DNA of 64,000 nt. It comes from Moniliella sp. 'wahieum'. Taxonomy: Eukaryota. This document shows positions 11,728 to 24,844 of this stretch, in pieces (within the stretch, counting starts at the first letter, position 1; every line of letters starts with the position of its first letter). The stretch is from assembly GCA_003971905.1 (NCBI GenBank), contig RSEE01000071.1:124001-188000 (forward strand), in the 5' to 3' direction. Made by a program: the position numbers and the translations under genes. Below the pieces are notes generated by a model. It ran no database searches, was not told the DNA's origin, and saw only the letters and a program-made list of their open reading frames with translations.

Positions 11728-12075
11728 GTGAGATTGAAGTATGGCTTAATTTCGGTCGTTTTTGCAGTTACTGCAGTGTCTTCGCAGGCTTCACACAAAC
11801 CGAGAAAAAGTGCTATAACAATGCTTTTCCTGTGAGTGTGGAACATATATGTCCCTCAAACGTACCGCTGCTATGCACTTCTCCGGGTTGTACGCTAATA
11901 GGCCAATATGAACAAGATGCGGTGTAGTAGAGAGGGATGATCCCCTGCTGAGACCCACAGATCTTCGCTGGCTCTGACTGAAGGCTTAAAAGACCTGTGA
12001 AGAAGAGGGCGGTTATAAGAACACCAAATGCTCCAATTGAAGTCTACGTGTCAACAAATTGATCAAGCATCCTGA
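11728..12075 (+). CDS. Candidate small secreted Cys-containing protein, two exons (intron 11832-11992); needs two 1-nt corrections and has GTG at the start
   Basis: RLKYGLISVVFAVTA(S)VFAG signal-peptide-like stretch, FTQTEKKCYNNAFP|GTGAGT...TCTGAC...AAG|TCEEEGGYKNTKCS(K)LKSTCQQIDQAS*. Confidence 0.45.
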
Positions 12076-12765
12076 AGTATCAAGCTTTAACAACGCATCA
12101 GGCAGCAAAATAGTTGTCCATGGATACAACTGGCGTGCCGTTCATGTTCATCCATGTCGTTCAGCACATCATGTCCGCGTAATGTCCAACTTGTATGCCT
12201 TTCCATAGCAGATAACATGCAAAGTTCGAAGGTCAGGATTCTGTTATACCCTTTCCGCTTGCTTCCTCTGCTCTAGCTTCTGTTCTTATATTTTGGGAGA
12301 AGGCGGGAGAAGGGAGGCATGAGAGTGGAGAGAGCCCGGGAGGATCTGCTGGCTTTTTCTAAAGTCCAGATGATCGTTGATCGATACCATAATGAGACAG
12401 CTCATAGCAGCGACAAATGGTCTCGTCAAAGGGACCCCCGTCAAAGGAGAGAGAAAAGAGGGAAAGAAAAATACACCATCGCGTCCGTTGAAAAAAATAA
12501 GCCACAAAAAAAACAACAAAAAACCAATGTAATACTCCCGAAGAAGCCCCCTTCGCTCGGGTGGACCTCCGATGGTACACGGCATGCGAACCTGTCGGGT
12601 GTAAGCCCAGACACCTGAGGCTCAGGTCTCAGCCTGAGACTGGATAAGGGCCCGCCTGGTGCTGAGGAGGATGAAGCTGCCGGTGGAGAGAAGAGATGTT
12701 TTGAGCAATGCGGTCAATGTACGTTTACTTTTCCCATCTTGGACCTTTTTCGGGTAAGTTATACC

Positions 12766-13000
12766 TGTTGGGTTCCCCTGCACGGCCCGATGTGAAACTC
12801 GTTTAGCCGGGAGGAAGAGTTCCGCTCGCAGGCCGCGCACCCCCTGCTCGCTCCATCTCCCTCCTCACTCTCCTGTCTGCTTCCCTTCGGACGTTGCTTG
12901 AAGACTTGTGGCTCACACTACTTTGCCTTCACGCCTTGTCTGAAGGCTGCTTTGCAGTTGATCCATAGGATCGCTTGTGCCCCCAAGTCGCACTCTAGCA
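12766..13000. mobile_element. Solo LTR of an LTR retrotransposon (235 bp, TG...CA, 5-bp TSD ATACC)
   Basis: Begins TGTTGG, ends CTAGCA; ATACC at 12761-12765 and 13001-13005; a homologous copy lies at about 59254-59495. Confidence 0.85.
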
Positions 13001-16000
13001 ATACCCTCTTTGCAATCAATCACTTTGACGACTGTCCGCCCAGTTTGAAAAAGACGCTGACTCATACGCACTCTCGTGCCCGACCAGCCTGTCAGACGTT
13101 CTCACAGCGTTCGGCAACATGGAACGTTGAACTCAACGTTCAAGACGTTCAAGCTTCAAGTTGAACCAGCGTATTCCGAAGTCGAAAATTAGCGCGTGTT
13201 GCCACTGCGGGGATTTTAGCCCGCTTGAACGCCTTGAAGCTTGAATGGCGTAGACATAATATACTGAGTATACTTGAACGTTCGAACCACCCTACGTATG
13301 CCCGCAACCCAAGCGAAACGACATGGACAGCTGAGGCGCTGAGAAGCGCCTCACGTCAAATTTAAACGCAAAAAGCAGGGTAACGCCCGCTTACTAAGGC
13401 CAGCGAGCTGAGACTCAGTACTTCGTACTCACAGCAGTGCTGCGCGAGGCGCGACCCCCTTTTTTTTTATCCGCATGCGTTTTGCCCTCAGCGTTCGCAG
13501 TTCACACTGAAGTTTAGCCCATTAGATAGCGCCTGGGCGCCTGAGGCCTGAACGTTGAACTCTCTCTCTGGGCACTCTGCACGCGCCAAAAATTCAGCTG
13601 AGTAGCTCCAGAACTACCACCCCCACCATCGCTTCCCCCCTCTACCAAGCTCCAAGGGAGACCTTTACCTCAGACCCCCCTCGGCCTCGGTGAGGGCTGA
13701 GGCGCTGAGGATCCTCTGCGCGTTCTAGTGCTCTCTCCTTTCAGCTGCAGTAGCACCATTGCCTTGTCCTCTTTTCGAACCCGGGCTGGACGGATAAAAC
13801 TCAGTACCCAATCGACTGAGTTGGATATTGAATACGGACGTATCGGCTGATGCGACGAGGGAGGGTGTGAATCTCACTTGGAAGGTTGAGGTCAACGAAT
13901 GTCTACAGCTGCCGAAAGGCGGTTGGCGCGAGGGTTTGAAGTTGTTTGAAAGAGCACATCTTTAATCGGCCATCTGCCCCCCTTCTGTCCCACCGCCTTC
14001 ATTTGCATAATGGACGCATGGGTCTGGGCTAGAGGACGAGATAGACATGTCGATATGGCTTGGTCATGATGACCAACCGGTGCCAACAATAACGACCGAG
14101 GGCCACTGGACGCGCCGCGCGCACGCAGATGGAATATGTGGATGCACGCGCGGGAGCCGTCTTCGCGCTTAGCGCTTAACGATTAACGAGCAACGATTAA
14201 CGAGTAACGATTAATGGTGGGATGAATGATTAATGAGGAATGACATGATGACATCACATGTCACAGGAAAGCCCCCACTCCGCCTGCCTTGCTCGCCAGC
14301 CATACACTGTCAACGGCAGCGCGGGTGGCTTCTTAGCGATCTCGGCACGGAGCGCGTCAGCCTGAGTCGGCCGCTGCTGGCAAGCAGGAGGTGTGGATGT
14401 GATCGCGTGGTCATCGAGGTCATCGAGGTCATCGAGTTGGTGGCCATCGGCATATATCATCCATCATTGATCAGACTTGAAGCTTGAAGCTTGATCGAAT
14501 CCCCCGGCCATCGACCATCCTGCATCCTGCCTGTTCTGTGTCGCGCGGATCTCAGAGGAGGCACTCAGTACTCAGCACTGAGTCAGTACTCAGTACATAG
14601 TACTCTACTCACGCACTCACGCCTCAGGGCCTCTCTGCCCAGCGCGGCTGAGCGCACTCAGGCTGAGCGCTGCGGCACTGTCTGCGCCATAGAGGAGACG
14701 GGAGGAGCGGCCGCTTGCTCAGGCTCAGCGCGCAGTCGCTCGCCGGCACCGGCCCTGTTTTGTGCACTGCGATGGAAGCTACAAGATTGGAGCTTGGACA
14801 GGGACTACGCCTTCGGGACGTTTGGACGGGCAACGGGCAACGTGCATCCCAGACTGGAGGCTTGGCTGCCCCTGTGCTGGCTTGGCCTCAGCGCTGAGCT
14901 CAGCACCTCCCGACGCGGGAAGCACCAAGTACTAACTGTACTTACTACCCCGGCGAACCGATGAGGTCAACCAACGTCTTGGACGTTTTGAACGCTCCCC
15001 CCAGTCCCTTCCCTTGCCTTTTTGTGGTTCGGCCTTGTCTGAGAATGCTGTGGTGTTTGGGCATCTCGCGGCATCGCTCCTCGGGGGTCATCCGGTCAAC
15101 GGTCATCGGTCCCACCATGCATCATGATGCATGACTGGTCAATAGGGCAGTCAACTAGTCACATCATCGCAATCGACAATCCGTAACCGCATCAGGTAAC
15201 GATAAGCGTTGCAGCTTGTAGGTCGTCGAGGTCGTCGAGGTCGTCGAGGTCATCACTTACCACTCCCTCACCACTCCCTCACTAATGACAGCCACTCCTT
15301 GACATCGACTATCGAGCCGGTTGGCGTCCATGTGGTGCACCCATCTCATGCACCGTGCATCATCCGTCGATAATGGAGTCATTGGCTCAGTGCTAACGCG
15401 CTGATGAGGCTCAGCAGCGCTCATCTGCAAATCAGTGTCATGCGTTCTGAGGGAAGAGGGGCGGCGGGGATACGTAGATAGATGATCGAAGGGATGCATC
15501 TTTGAAGTTTGAAGCTTGAAGCTTGAATCTCTTGAATCTTGATGGCAATTGGGGGGAGTCGCTAGCTAAGATCTGAGAGCAACCGTCGATCCGGCCCAGG
15601 CCAGCGCCTTCCGACCCCTGCTGAGCGCAGAGACCCTGACGCGCAGAGAAGCTTGAGAAGCTTGAAGCTTGAGCGCTTGAGCGGCAGGTGGAGGAGGGTG
15701 CAGGGCAGAGGAGACCGGGCAAAGCGACCGTGTGGCAGGGGCGAGTCACTAGTCAAGCTTCAAGCCTCGCGCATCAAGCTAGTCAGCCTGCTGACAACGC
15801 TGGGGGGGGGGCGAGATCACATATGCACATGCCGCACAGGGGCGGACGGCGGGAGGAAGAGTTTGCCTGGTGTTGTCATGCAATCCATACGCTGAGCGCT
15901 CATCAACTCATCAACATTGGCGCTCAGCCCGAGCGCTGAGCTCATTGATCTCTGATCTCACCGATCTCATCGCTCACCTGCTCATCCATCGCACTTGATT

Positions 16001-16468
16001 CTTGGTACTTTCAGTGCAGGCAGTAACTCCGCACTAACAGTGAGCGCTGAGTGTACACTCAGCACCGAGGCCCTCAGCCGCTCATCATCGATCATCGCCC
16101 GTCTATCGCCATCAGGCACATGCGGCTTGTGGCCCAGAAGAAAACCCACAAGCAGACCGAGCGAAGGGACGCTCGCGCGTGGACGTTGCGTTTGCTGGGG
16201 CCAACGCCTGCCACTGCCCCCGTTCTCTCCACGCGCAGCGCCAGTCTCGTGCACAGATGCCTCCTTCTTCTTTAAAAGGCCACCGTTCGACCTTCTCTTT
16301 GCCCGCGTCCTCGTCTTGCCAACTCGCCCCTCCGTCACCTCATCCCTTCCTTCCTCAGCGCGACCCCCCCCCACCCCCCCATCCGACCAGTGTTAACGCT
16401 TTCGTTACCGTCGCGCGCGTCACTCCCCCCACCCTCTCCCGCCCTTCCTACCTCGCCAGCCGCCCGCC

Positions 16469-19400
16469 ATGGCCGACGAAACCTTCCCCAAGGGTTCATA
16501 TGGGCCCCAGGTCAACGACGAGTACGCCTCGCTCATTGACTTCATCAAGGCCCAGAAGGCAACCAACGCCGAAGAAGACCAAGGCGGCAACTTCCAGATC
16601 GTGCGCAAGCGCGAATTCCTCCGTCCGTGGAAGGTCCATGAGACCCGTGTCAACCAGGAGGCGGCGAGGCAGAGACTGTAGCTGCCAAGGTCCCCGCCAG
16701 TTGGTACGTGCCCCCAACTCCCTCTCCATCTCCCGCCTGAAAACGTCTTTTGATGCACGCATCCATGCTAACCTGCTCTTGCCCCCAGGCTCGAGACCTC
16801 GATGCAGCAGGGTCTGTCCGAATCCGACGTGCAAACCCGTCGCGCCCAGTTTGGATACAACGAGCTGGAGGCTCCGTCGGAGAACCTCTTCCTCAAGTTC
16901 CTCGGTTTCTTCAAGGGTCCCATTCTTTATGTGATGGAGCTGGCCGCTGCCCTGGCTGGTGGTCTGCGTGACTGGATTGATCTTGGTGTCATTTGCGGTA
17001 TTTGGCCTGAACGCCTTTGTCGGTTGGTACCAGGAGAAGCAGGCTGGTGACATTGTCGCCCAACTCAAGGCTGGTATTGCTCTTCGCGCCACGGTCATTC
17101 GCAACGGTCAAGAGCTTGAGATTGAGGCTCGTGACGTTGTCCCTGGTGAAATTGTGATTGTTCAGGATGGCCAGACGGTGCCGTGCGACGGTCGCCTGCT
17201 GGCTGACTACGAAGACAGGGACGGATCCCAGGCTGCCGCTATTCTCGAGAAGGCACGTGCTACCGCGCACGATGAGGACGACGACGAGGGCGTTGACAAG
17301 GGCCCTGCCATCATTGCGTGTGACCAGTCGGCCATCACGGGCGAGTCGCTTGCAGTGGACAAGCACATTGGTGACACGGTCTTCTACACCACCGGTTGCA
17401 AGCGTGGGAAGGGCTTTGTGCTCTGCACGGACATTGCCAAGCAGACCTTTGTCGGCCGCACCGCAGCGCTTGTGCTCGGTGGCGAGTCGCAGGGTCACTT
17501 CCAAAAGGTCATGGACTCAATCGGTACTGCTCTCTTGGTGATTGTCATGGCCTTCATCGTTGGCTTCTGGATCTCGGGCTTCTTCCGCCACACTGGCATT
17601 GCTACGCCCAAGGAGAACAACTTGCTCACCTACACCCTTATCTTCCTCGTCATTGGTGTGCCCGTCGGTCTGCCCTGTGTTACCACCACCACCATGGCTG
17701 TCGGCGCTGCTTACCTCGCCAAGCGCCAAGCCATCGTCCAGAAGCTTACTGCCATTGAGTCGCTGGCTGGTGTCGATGTGCTCTGTTCGGACAAGACTGG
17801 TACCCTTACTGCCAACAAGCTCTCGATTCACGAGCCCTTCACCTCGGAAGGTGTGGACGTGAACTTTATGATGGCCGTTGCTGCCCTCGCCTCGTCGCAC
17901 AACATCAAGTCGCTCGACCCGATTGACAAGGTTACCATCTCGACCTGAAGGACTACCCTGGTGCCCAAGAGGAGCTCGCCTCGGGCTGGATCACCCACCG
18001 CTTCACTCCCTTTGACCCTGTCTCTAAGCGTATTACCGCTGAGGTTGAGAAGGACGGCCAGCAGTACATCGCTGCTAAGGGTGCCCCAATGCGATCCTCA
18101 AGCTTTGCCAGCCCGACCCCGAGCAGGCTGCCCAGTACCGTAAGGTGGCCGGTGACTTTGCTTCCCGTGGTTTCCGTTCGCTTGGTGTGGCTATCAACGA
18201 TGGCGAGTGGCACTTGCTTGGTCTCCTGCCCATGTTTGACCCTCCTCGTTCGGACACGGCAGCTACGATTGCCGAGGCGCAGAACCTTGGTATCGGTGTC
18301 AAGATGCTTACGGGTGACGCTGTTGCGATTGCCAAGGAAACGTGCAAGATGCTTGCGCTTGGTACCAAGGTGTACGACTCGCAGCGCCTGATTGGCTCGG
18401 GCGGTCTGGCTGGCTCGGCGATTCACGACTTTATTGAGGCTGCCGACGGATTCGCTGAGGTGTTCCCTGAGCACAAGTACCAGGTCGTCGAGATGCTGCA
18501 GCACCGCGGTCACTTGGTTGCTATGACGGGTGACGGTGTCAACGACGCTCCCTCGCTCAAGAAGGCCGACTGTGGTATTGCTGTGGAGGGTGCTTCGGAC
18601 GCTGCCCGTTCGGCTGCTGACGTCGTGTTCTTGGACGAGGGTCTGTCGACCATCATCACCTCGATCAAGGTTGCCCGCCAGATTTTCCACCGTATGAAGG
18701 CGTACATTCAGTACCGTATCTCGCTCTGTCTTCACCTTGAGATTTACCTGTTGCTGTCGATCTGCATTCGCGACGAGGTTATCCGTGCCGACCTGATTGT
18801 CTTTATTGCTCTCTTTGCCGACTTGGCCACCATTGCCATCGCGTACGACAATGCGCCCGCTGCCAAGGAGCCCGTCGAGTGGCAGCTGCCCAAGATTTGG
18901 GTCATCTCGACCATTCTCGGTGCCCTGCTCGCGGCCGGTACTTGGATTGTCCGTGGCACCCTCTTCCTCCCCGACGGTGGTATCGTGCAGAACTTCGGTA
19001 ACGTGCAGCTTATCCTCTTCCTTGAGGTTTCGCTCACGGAGAACTGGCTCATCTTTGTCACGCGTCTTGGCTCGGGTACCTCGGACGAGAACACATCCCG
19101 TCCTGGGAGCTGGTCGGTGCGATTCTGGGTGTCGATGCGTTGGCGACAATCTTCACTCTGTTTGGCTGGCTCGGCGGGCCCGATTGCGCGCTACATCCAC
19201 TCGCCCCGCTTGCGCCACAACAAGCACAACTGGACCGACGTGGTTACCGTTGTGCGTGTGTGGGCGTACTCGATCGGTGTGACGATCATCATTACGGTGG
19301 TGTACTAGTGCTGAACAAGCTCGAGTGGATCAACCGCATGGGCCGTCGCGTTCGCTCGACCAAGAACCCAGTGCTGGAAGACTTCTTCACCAACTTGCAG

Positions 19401-19490
19401 CGTCTCACGGTCGTCCACGAGAAGTCCGAGGAGGGTGAGCCGGACATCTACTCGTTTGCTACCCGCCTCGAGGTGGACGATGAGGAGTAA
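16469..19490 (+). CDS. PMA1: Plasma-membrane H+-ATPase (P3A); intron 16704-16788; several indels
   Basis: [33 protein letters not shown], phosphorylation motif [45 protein letters not shown]. Confidence 0.96.
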
Positions 19491-20292
19491 GAAGCGGGGG
19501 TTGTTTCGTACCCTCCTCTCATCTCTTCCCTCTTATAACCGATTCGCTTTGTTCATTCCCCCTCCTCACTTTGGTTCTTGGCCTCCGCTTTAGGTCTCGT
19601 TAATCCAACATTCCCCAGGCTCCCATGGCGCTGTTTGTTCAGGCTGTTGAGTTGAAGCTTTTCTGCTTTTCAGCTTGTTGGTGCCCGGCTACCCCCACTG
19701 GCCCACCTCCCTTTTTTGGCCTCTGGATCCCCCGCCCTCCGTTTTTTTTGCTTCTTCTCGCTCGTTGTTCTTACTTTCTATGCGCTTTAGAGCTTCCCAT
19801 GTTTTCCCCCCTGTTCTGCCTTAGCTTTTTGCGCGTGCTGGGCCAAATAAGAACAGCCTATTGACCCCCATCTACTTTTCTGTTGCGTATTATGTAGACG
19901 GATGCACAAATGCGAGGAATATATCGGTTTCCCTCCTGCTTAGTATCCGCCACACGAACACCACGAACCACGGTGTGCCCTCGACTGGGCTCTGATCTAC
20001 CTCGTCGTCTCACATTCCTTATTACACCCCCACTCTCACGGTTATCGAGCGGGGATCATATGCGTCACAAGAGGATTACATTGAGCACGTAGTACGGTGC
20101 ACGATACACAGTGCCCACGGATAAGTACACGGGCATCGTCTAGATGGGTTCCCTTCCCACAACTCGGGACAGGGCAAGGCAACTACTGCCTGAACGGGTG
20201 GAGTGCAACGTTCAACGTTCTTCAACTCCGTACATCGTATACATATACATGGGCGATCTGCCTGTCGCTCGTCATGGTACCGAGTACCCGCC

Positions 20293-20334
20293 ACTTGTCA
20301 CTTGTCACTTGTCACTTGTCACTTGTCACTTGTC
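20293..20334. repeat. (ACTTGTC)6 heptamer tandem repeat
   Basis: Six perfect units. Confidence 0.95.
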
Positions 20335-20682
20335 ACTTATCCTGGCCACGCGTACGCGCACGCCCAATCAAGAGAGACCTTACCCACTCCTCACTTTACC
20401 GGTCCGAGCGGCCATGGGGAAGAGGTGCGTTAGTGGGGGGTGCCTGGGTGCGATCACGACTGTTGTCGCAAGTCACCTAGTCATGCACAGGGTACATGGC
20501 ACAGGGTCGTCTTCGCCTGGCCTGAATTGGTCTGGATGCCTTTGCATTGGGGTGGAAGTCCACGTGGATCCGGCTCGACATGGATCCGGCCCGACACGAA
20601 ATCCAGGTCGGATTGAGGTACAGGAGGGACGTAGCGAAGCACGCTACGATCCTCGATGGATCAGGCTCATTGGGCCTTAGCC

Positions 20683-22967
20683 TTAGGGTAGCATCCCAAC
20701 GCAGAACCTACTGGGATCAGAAAGGAGACACTGGGTCCCACCTGGAGCCCAAGTGACCTGGTCCACAGACACTGCAATCTCGGGTCAGCATCGCAAGTCA
20801 TGCATCATGGAATGAACGTGGATTGACTAGTGACTCTGCACTTGTCATGGAATGTTCCTGCGGGACAGGTCAACGTACTTTCCGGCACTGGGACCGCTTC
20901 GGCAAGCTGCACAAACGTGTCCAAGCCCACTTGCGGGCGTAAGGTCCACATGGTCATCGTAGCACGGGATGAAGTGATGCACAGCGTTTGAGGTCCCAAC
21001 CCCACCTCGCTCTCACCTCGCCTTGTCCCAGAAGAAGGCGCCCATGTGATGGCCTTGATCGTGCTCGAACATAGAATGGCAGCTACCAGGTACGGTTCGG
21101 GCGGACCCACGCCGAGCTTGGGCAGCGCATGCACAAATACGCTCGTTGGCATCGATTCTGGTTCGGGGCACGGGCACCGTACCCAAAAAAAAAAAAAGTA
21201 AAAGTCAAGGTAGATGGGATACGTCAGTACCATTCACACATTCTTACTCTTACTACCCCCCCACCCCCTCCAAAAAGGAACTGGGGACCGTACGTCGAGG
21301 GCGGAAGGGAGGGAGGAAGGGAGAGGAAGAGACAACGTACCGTTCCTCGAGGCAAACAGTGTGCCCGACGGACTCCATTCCAGCGCACAAATCCCGCCGC
21401 GGGGCAGGTCGGCAGAAGGTAAATGTTCGGGCCGCAACGCAAGTAGTGTTTCTGGGGCCAACTTGCCCTCCTCAGAACGTGGGGTGCGGGTAAATGGGAC
21501 GATGGTATGCTGCACGTCGCGGGTTTGAGCTGTAGACGCTGGCTCGCGCCAGATCTGCAGTCGGCCATACGGGAAGAAGCTTGTGGTGCGAGGACGGTAG
21601 TGGGCGTACTCGTGCGACAAGGTAGGTCGGGAAAGGTCGAGGAGTGCGATGAGCATCCCCGTGGGCGGGTCGAGAAGATGGATCTACGCGAGTCAGTTGG
21701 AATCGGTTCGGGGTTGGCGGTTGCCAGTGGGAAGAGAGCCGAGGGAGGGCGGGGGGGGGGGGGGGGGTAGAGAACAAAGACACAGAAACAAAAACCAAAA
21801 CGTACCTTTTCGTCGTACCCACCGACGGCAAGCACATCGCCACTAGGACTCCAGGATACCGTGCGGATCCCAAGACCGCCACCGGCATGTTTGGGCAGGC
21901 CAGTACCAGGCTCGCCACTGGGCTTGGGAGCGGCCTTTAAGGAGGAAGAAACGGATCGTGGGGCCTGCACCACTCGCTGCGCACGCGTCGGGGGACCCGC
22001 GACGGTCACGTCGCTGGATCCACTGCGGTTCGCAGCTTGCTTTCCCCCTCTCCTGTCGCTGGTCGAGGCGGACGTAGATGAGGGGACGGCGGCAGGGGTA
22101 GAAGGCGGGGGAGGGCACAGGACCGAGGGCTTCACCGCATCGGGCGCAATTAGGTAGCTGAACCGCAGGTAGCCAAGAGGGGTGTAGACGAGCAAACGGA
22201 ACTCGGCCGCGTAGTCCCAGATCGCAATAAACTTACCGTTTGGGGACCAGGCGGCACGGCAGCGTCTACCGTAGCGACGGGGAAGGACTGGGGAACACGG
22301 GTCAGTAGGGATGGGATGGGGGGCGCGAGCGGGAGTGTAGGTGGAGGCGGGGAGAGCGGAGGCGAAACGTACGTGTTCGACAGCCATTGGATTGGTTGAG
22401 GATCGAAGGAGCAAGATGGATTCTTGTCCCTCCGACGAAGGAGCGACGATGATGAGATGGGAAGTGCGGAGCAGTGAGCAGGCGCGGGAGCTTGACGTCC
22501 TGCACACGTAGTCGAGGTCAAGTCGGGAAGGCTGTACAGGGTGGCGTGGAGGTCGAACTGGGAAAAAAAGAATGACAGTAAAAGTACCTGGAACCCACTG
22601 CCCGGAAACCAAGCCTTCCAGACCAGTCTCGATGCGCGCAACCCAGCCTTGGGCATCGTCACTGCCATCGTTGGCTGCCAGAGCGGGGTCGAGGGCAAAG
22701 ACGCAGGCGGTGCCGGTCTCCTTGGCAGGGGCGAGGGCGAGGATGTACCGCGAATCGGGACTCCACTCGATCGCCGTCAGCTGCACATCCACCTCCCACG
22801 ACCGCACCACCTGCAGGGTATCGGCAAGGCGGACGATGAGCGAGCTGCGCGGGGCCGCGGCGGGCGCGACAGGGGCGGGAGGGCGAGGAGGTAGGCGTAG
22901 AGACGGCCGTCGGGCGAGTAGCGAGGGCGTCGGGGCGGGTGAGGGGCAAGGCGGCGGTAAAGTCCAT
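20683..22967 (-). CDS. WRAP73: WD40 protein, WRAP73/WDR8 family (multi-exon, e.g. intron 21684-21805; frameshifted)
   Basis: MDFT start, LIVRLADTLQVVRSW, IEWSPDSRYIL, WVARIETGLEGL, WSPNGKFIAIWD, GLGIRTVSWSPSGDVLAVGGYDEKV, WSPSGTLFASRN..SMPTSVFV. Confidence 0.75.
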
Positions 22968-23724
22968 GGGGGTGGGGGTGGGGAGGAGGAGGAGGAGGAA
23001 CAGAGGAGAGGCAGGAGAACCGCCGATGCTGGGCCCAAAGACGCGGGGGGGACGCGCACGAAAGCATCCTTCGACCAACCCTCCCGCAGCCAGCCAGCCG
23101 AGCGCGTCGGGTCACGTGCCCGCCTGCCCCGGTGCTCACGTGGATACATGAACAGTTGAAACCACGTGCTTGCTAGGCCTCCGCACTGGGCGAGTATCCT
23201 CCCCTCACTCGGCACAGCGTACTCAGCCACTCAGCCCCTCTACTCCTCCCCCTACTCTCCCCTAGTACTCTCCCCTACTCTCCCCCCTCCCCCCGACAAG
23301 GCGAAGGCGGCCGGTGGGCTGGCAAACTCACCGACAGCTAAGATCCAAGGCGCGCCCGCTAGGCTTGTAGCACTCTGTCCACTCCTTTCCGGAGAGAATC
23401 GAGGCCATATCAAGGCGATCAATGGGACTTGGGGCGGAAACGGCCGTTTTGGTTGGAAGACAGCTGTGGTTTCTAGTTTCTCTCGTCTGTTTCTTTGCTA
23501 CTGCCATGCGGCCGCCTTCCGTCATGCATCTCACGCATAGCTCACCACGTCTAGCAGAGCATACCAAGGATCCCGCACTCGCACCTAACGCGCCAGTGCA
23601 AGGCATTGCGGGGCATTGCATTGATTTGGACAGGGCAGGCCAAACAAATGAGGGTAAGACAAGAGGTATGCTAAGTGCAGAGGAGCGAGAGGGGAGGCGA
23701 CAACCCCCACAAGATTAGAAAGGG

Positions 23725-24486
23725 TTAGTCGATGAGGTATTTGCGCCGGAAAAAGTTGCGAAGATGGACAATCTGCCAGGAGCCAACGAGCAAGAGACCC
23801 ACCACAGTGGCCCAGGCAAACATGTGCACACGATGGTTCGTCGACTCGTTCGTGTCGCGCATCCTTTGTTCCCGTCGCTTGAGGTACTCCATCTCACTCA
23901 TAATCTCGTTCGCCTCATTCTCCAACCGGCGCAGTTCAGTCTCCAAGCCACTCAGCGATTCTTGGTTGGCGATCGCATTGTAGTCAATCGCCTCTGCTCC
24001 AATGTCAATGTCCACATCCAGCGTCGTCACATATGGCCGCTTTGGCGCCGACACCTCTGTTTTTGCGTCAATATACTTTCTTTCGCATCTACTGCCAAGG
24101 TAGGTGTGTGGAGGGGGGAGGGGGAGGAGGAGAAAGCGTACTCTTGGATAGCCGATTGGCAAAGCAGACGCCCAAGTCAGCGTCGGCATGAGAGTTGATG
24201 GCCATACGCGTCTCGGCGCGTACATCGCGCTGAGACCAGTAGACATTATTGTGGTGCGAGCCATCGACAATCTGCACATCGAGCGACTGATACTCCTTGC
24301 CACTGTTGGCTACCGCATTGATCGTCACCACCACCAACTGGTCCACCAGCGCATAGTCCCACAGACACTTCTCCACCGGCTCGTGCGCCGCCTCGAGTTC
24401 AAACTTGATCCCAAGCGCACAGGGCAGCAGTAGCAGCCACGCTACTAGCAACGTGCGTCGTGTCCAGCCTATGTCGGTCCCAGCAT
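23725..24486 (-). CDS. ERV25: p24 family ER-Golgi cargo receptor, Erv25/TMED10 type (intron 24089-24141; start approximate)
   Basis: Signal peptide, GOLD domain (EKCLWD...LGVCFAN), DIGAEAIDY, LETELRRLE...MRDTNESTNHRV, WQIVHLRNFFRRKYLID C-terminus. Confidence 0.9.
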
Positions 24487-24844
24487 AGCGCAACGCGGTG
24501 GTCGTGGCTAGATGGGGGGAAAGGGGTGGATGGAACGGATGGAGAGCCAAAGGCCAATGTGACGCCAGAAGCAGTGTGGCGCAAGAGGCAGCGGGCACAA
24601 CCCTACTGCTTGCTTGTCGCGGCGCGGCCAATCTCGAGGGTTTAACGTTTAACGGGCAACATTTACATACCGCTACCCTCCCGTCTTTGTTTCATACCCA
24701 CGCTTGTCCCCCATCCCCCTCCTTCCTGGGTTAACCGCTAGCTTCACTACACTGCCCGGACAGATCCACTCGGGACGGGTCGCTCCGCTCGTATCCCATC
24801 GCACACCGCACTGGCACATTGGTTTCACTGCAATCCCTTCGATG

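Noticed and set aside
11000..16400. Possible centromere in the gene-poor, locally lower-GC interval
   Set aside because: The GC drop is modest and the region is explained by candidate micro-genes, a solo LTR and the PMA1 promoter; untestable without CENP-A data.
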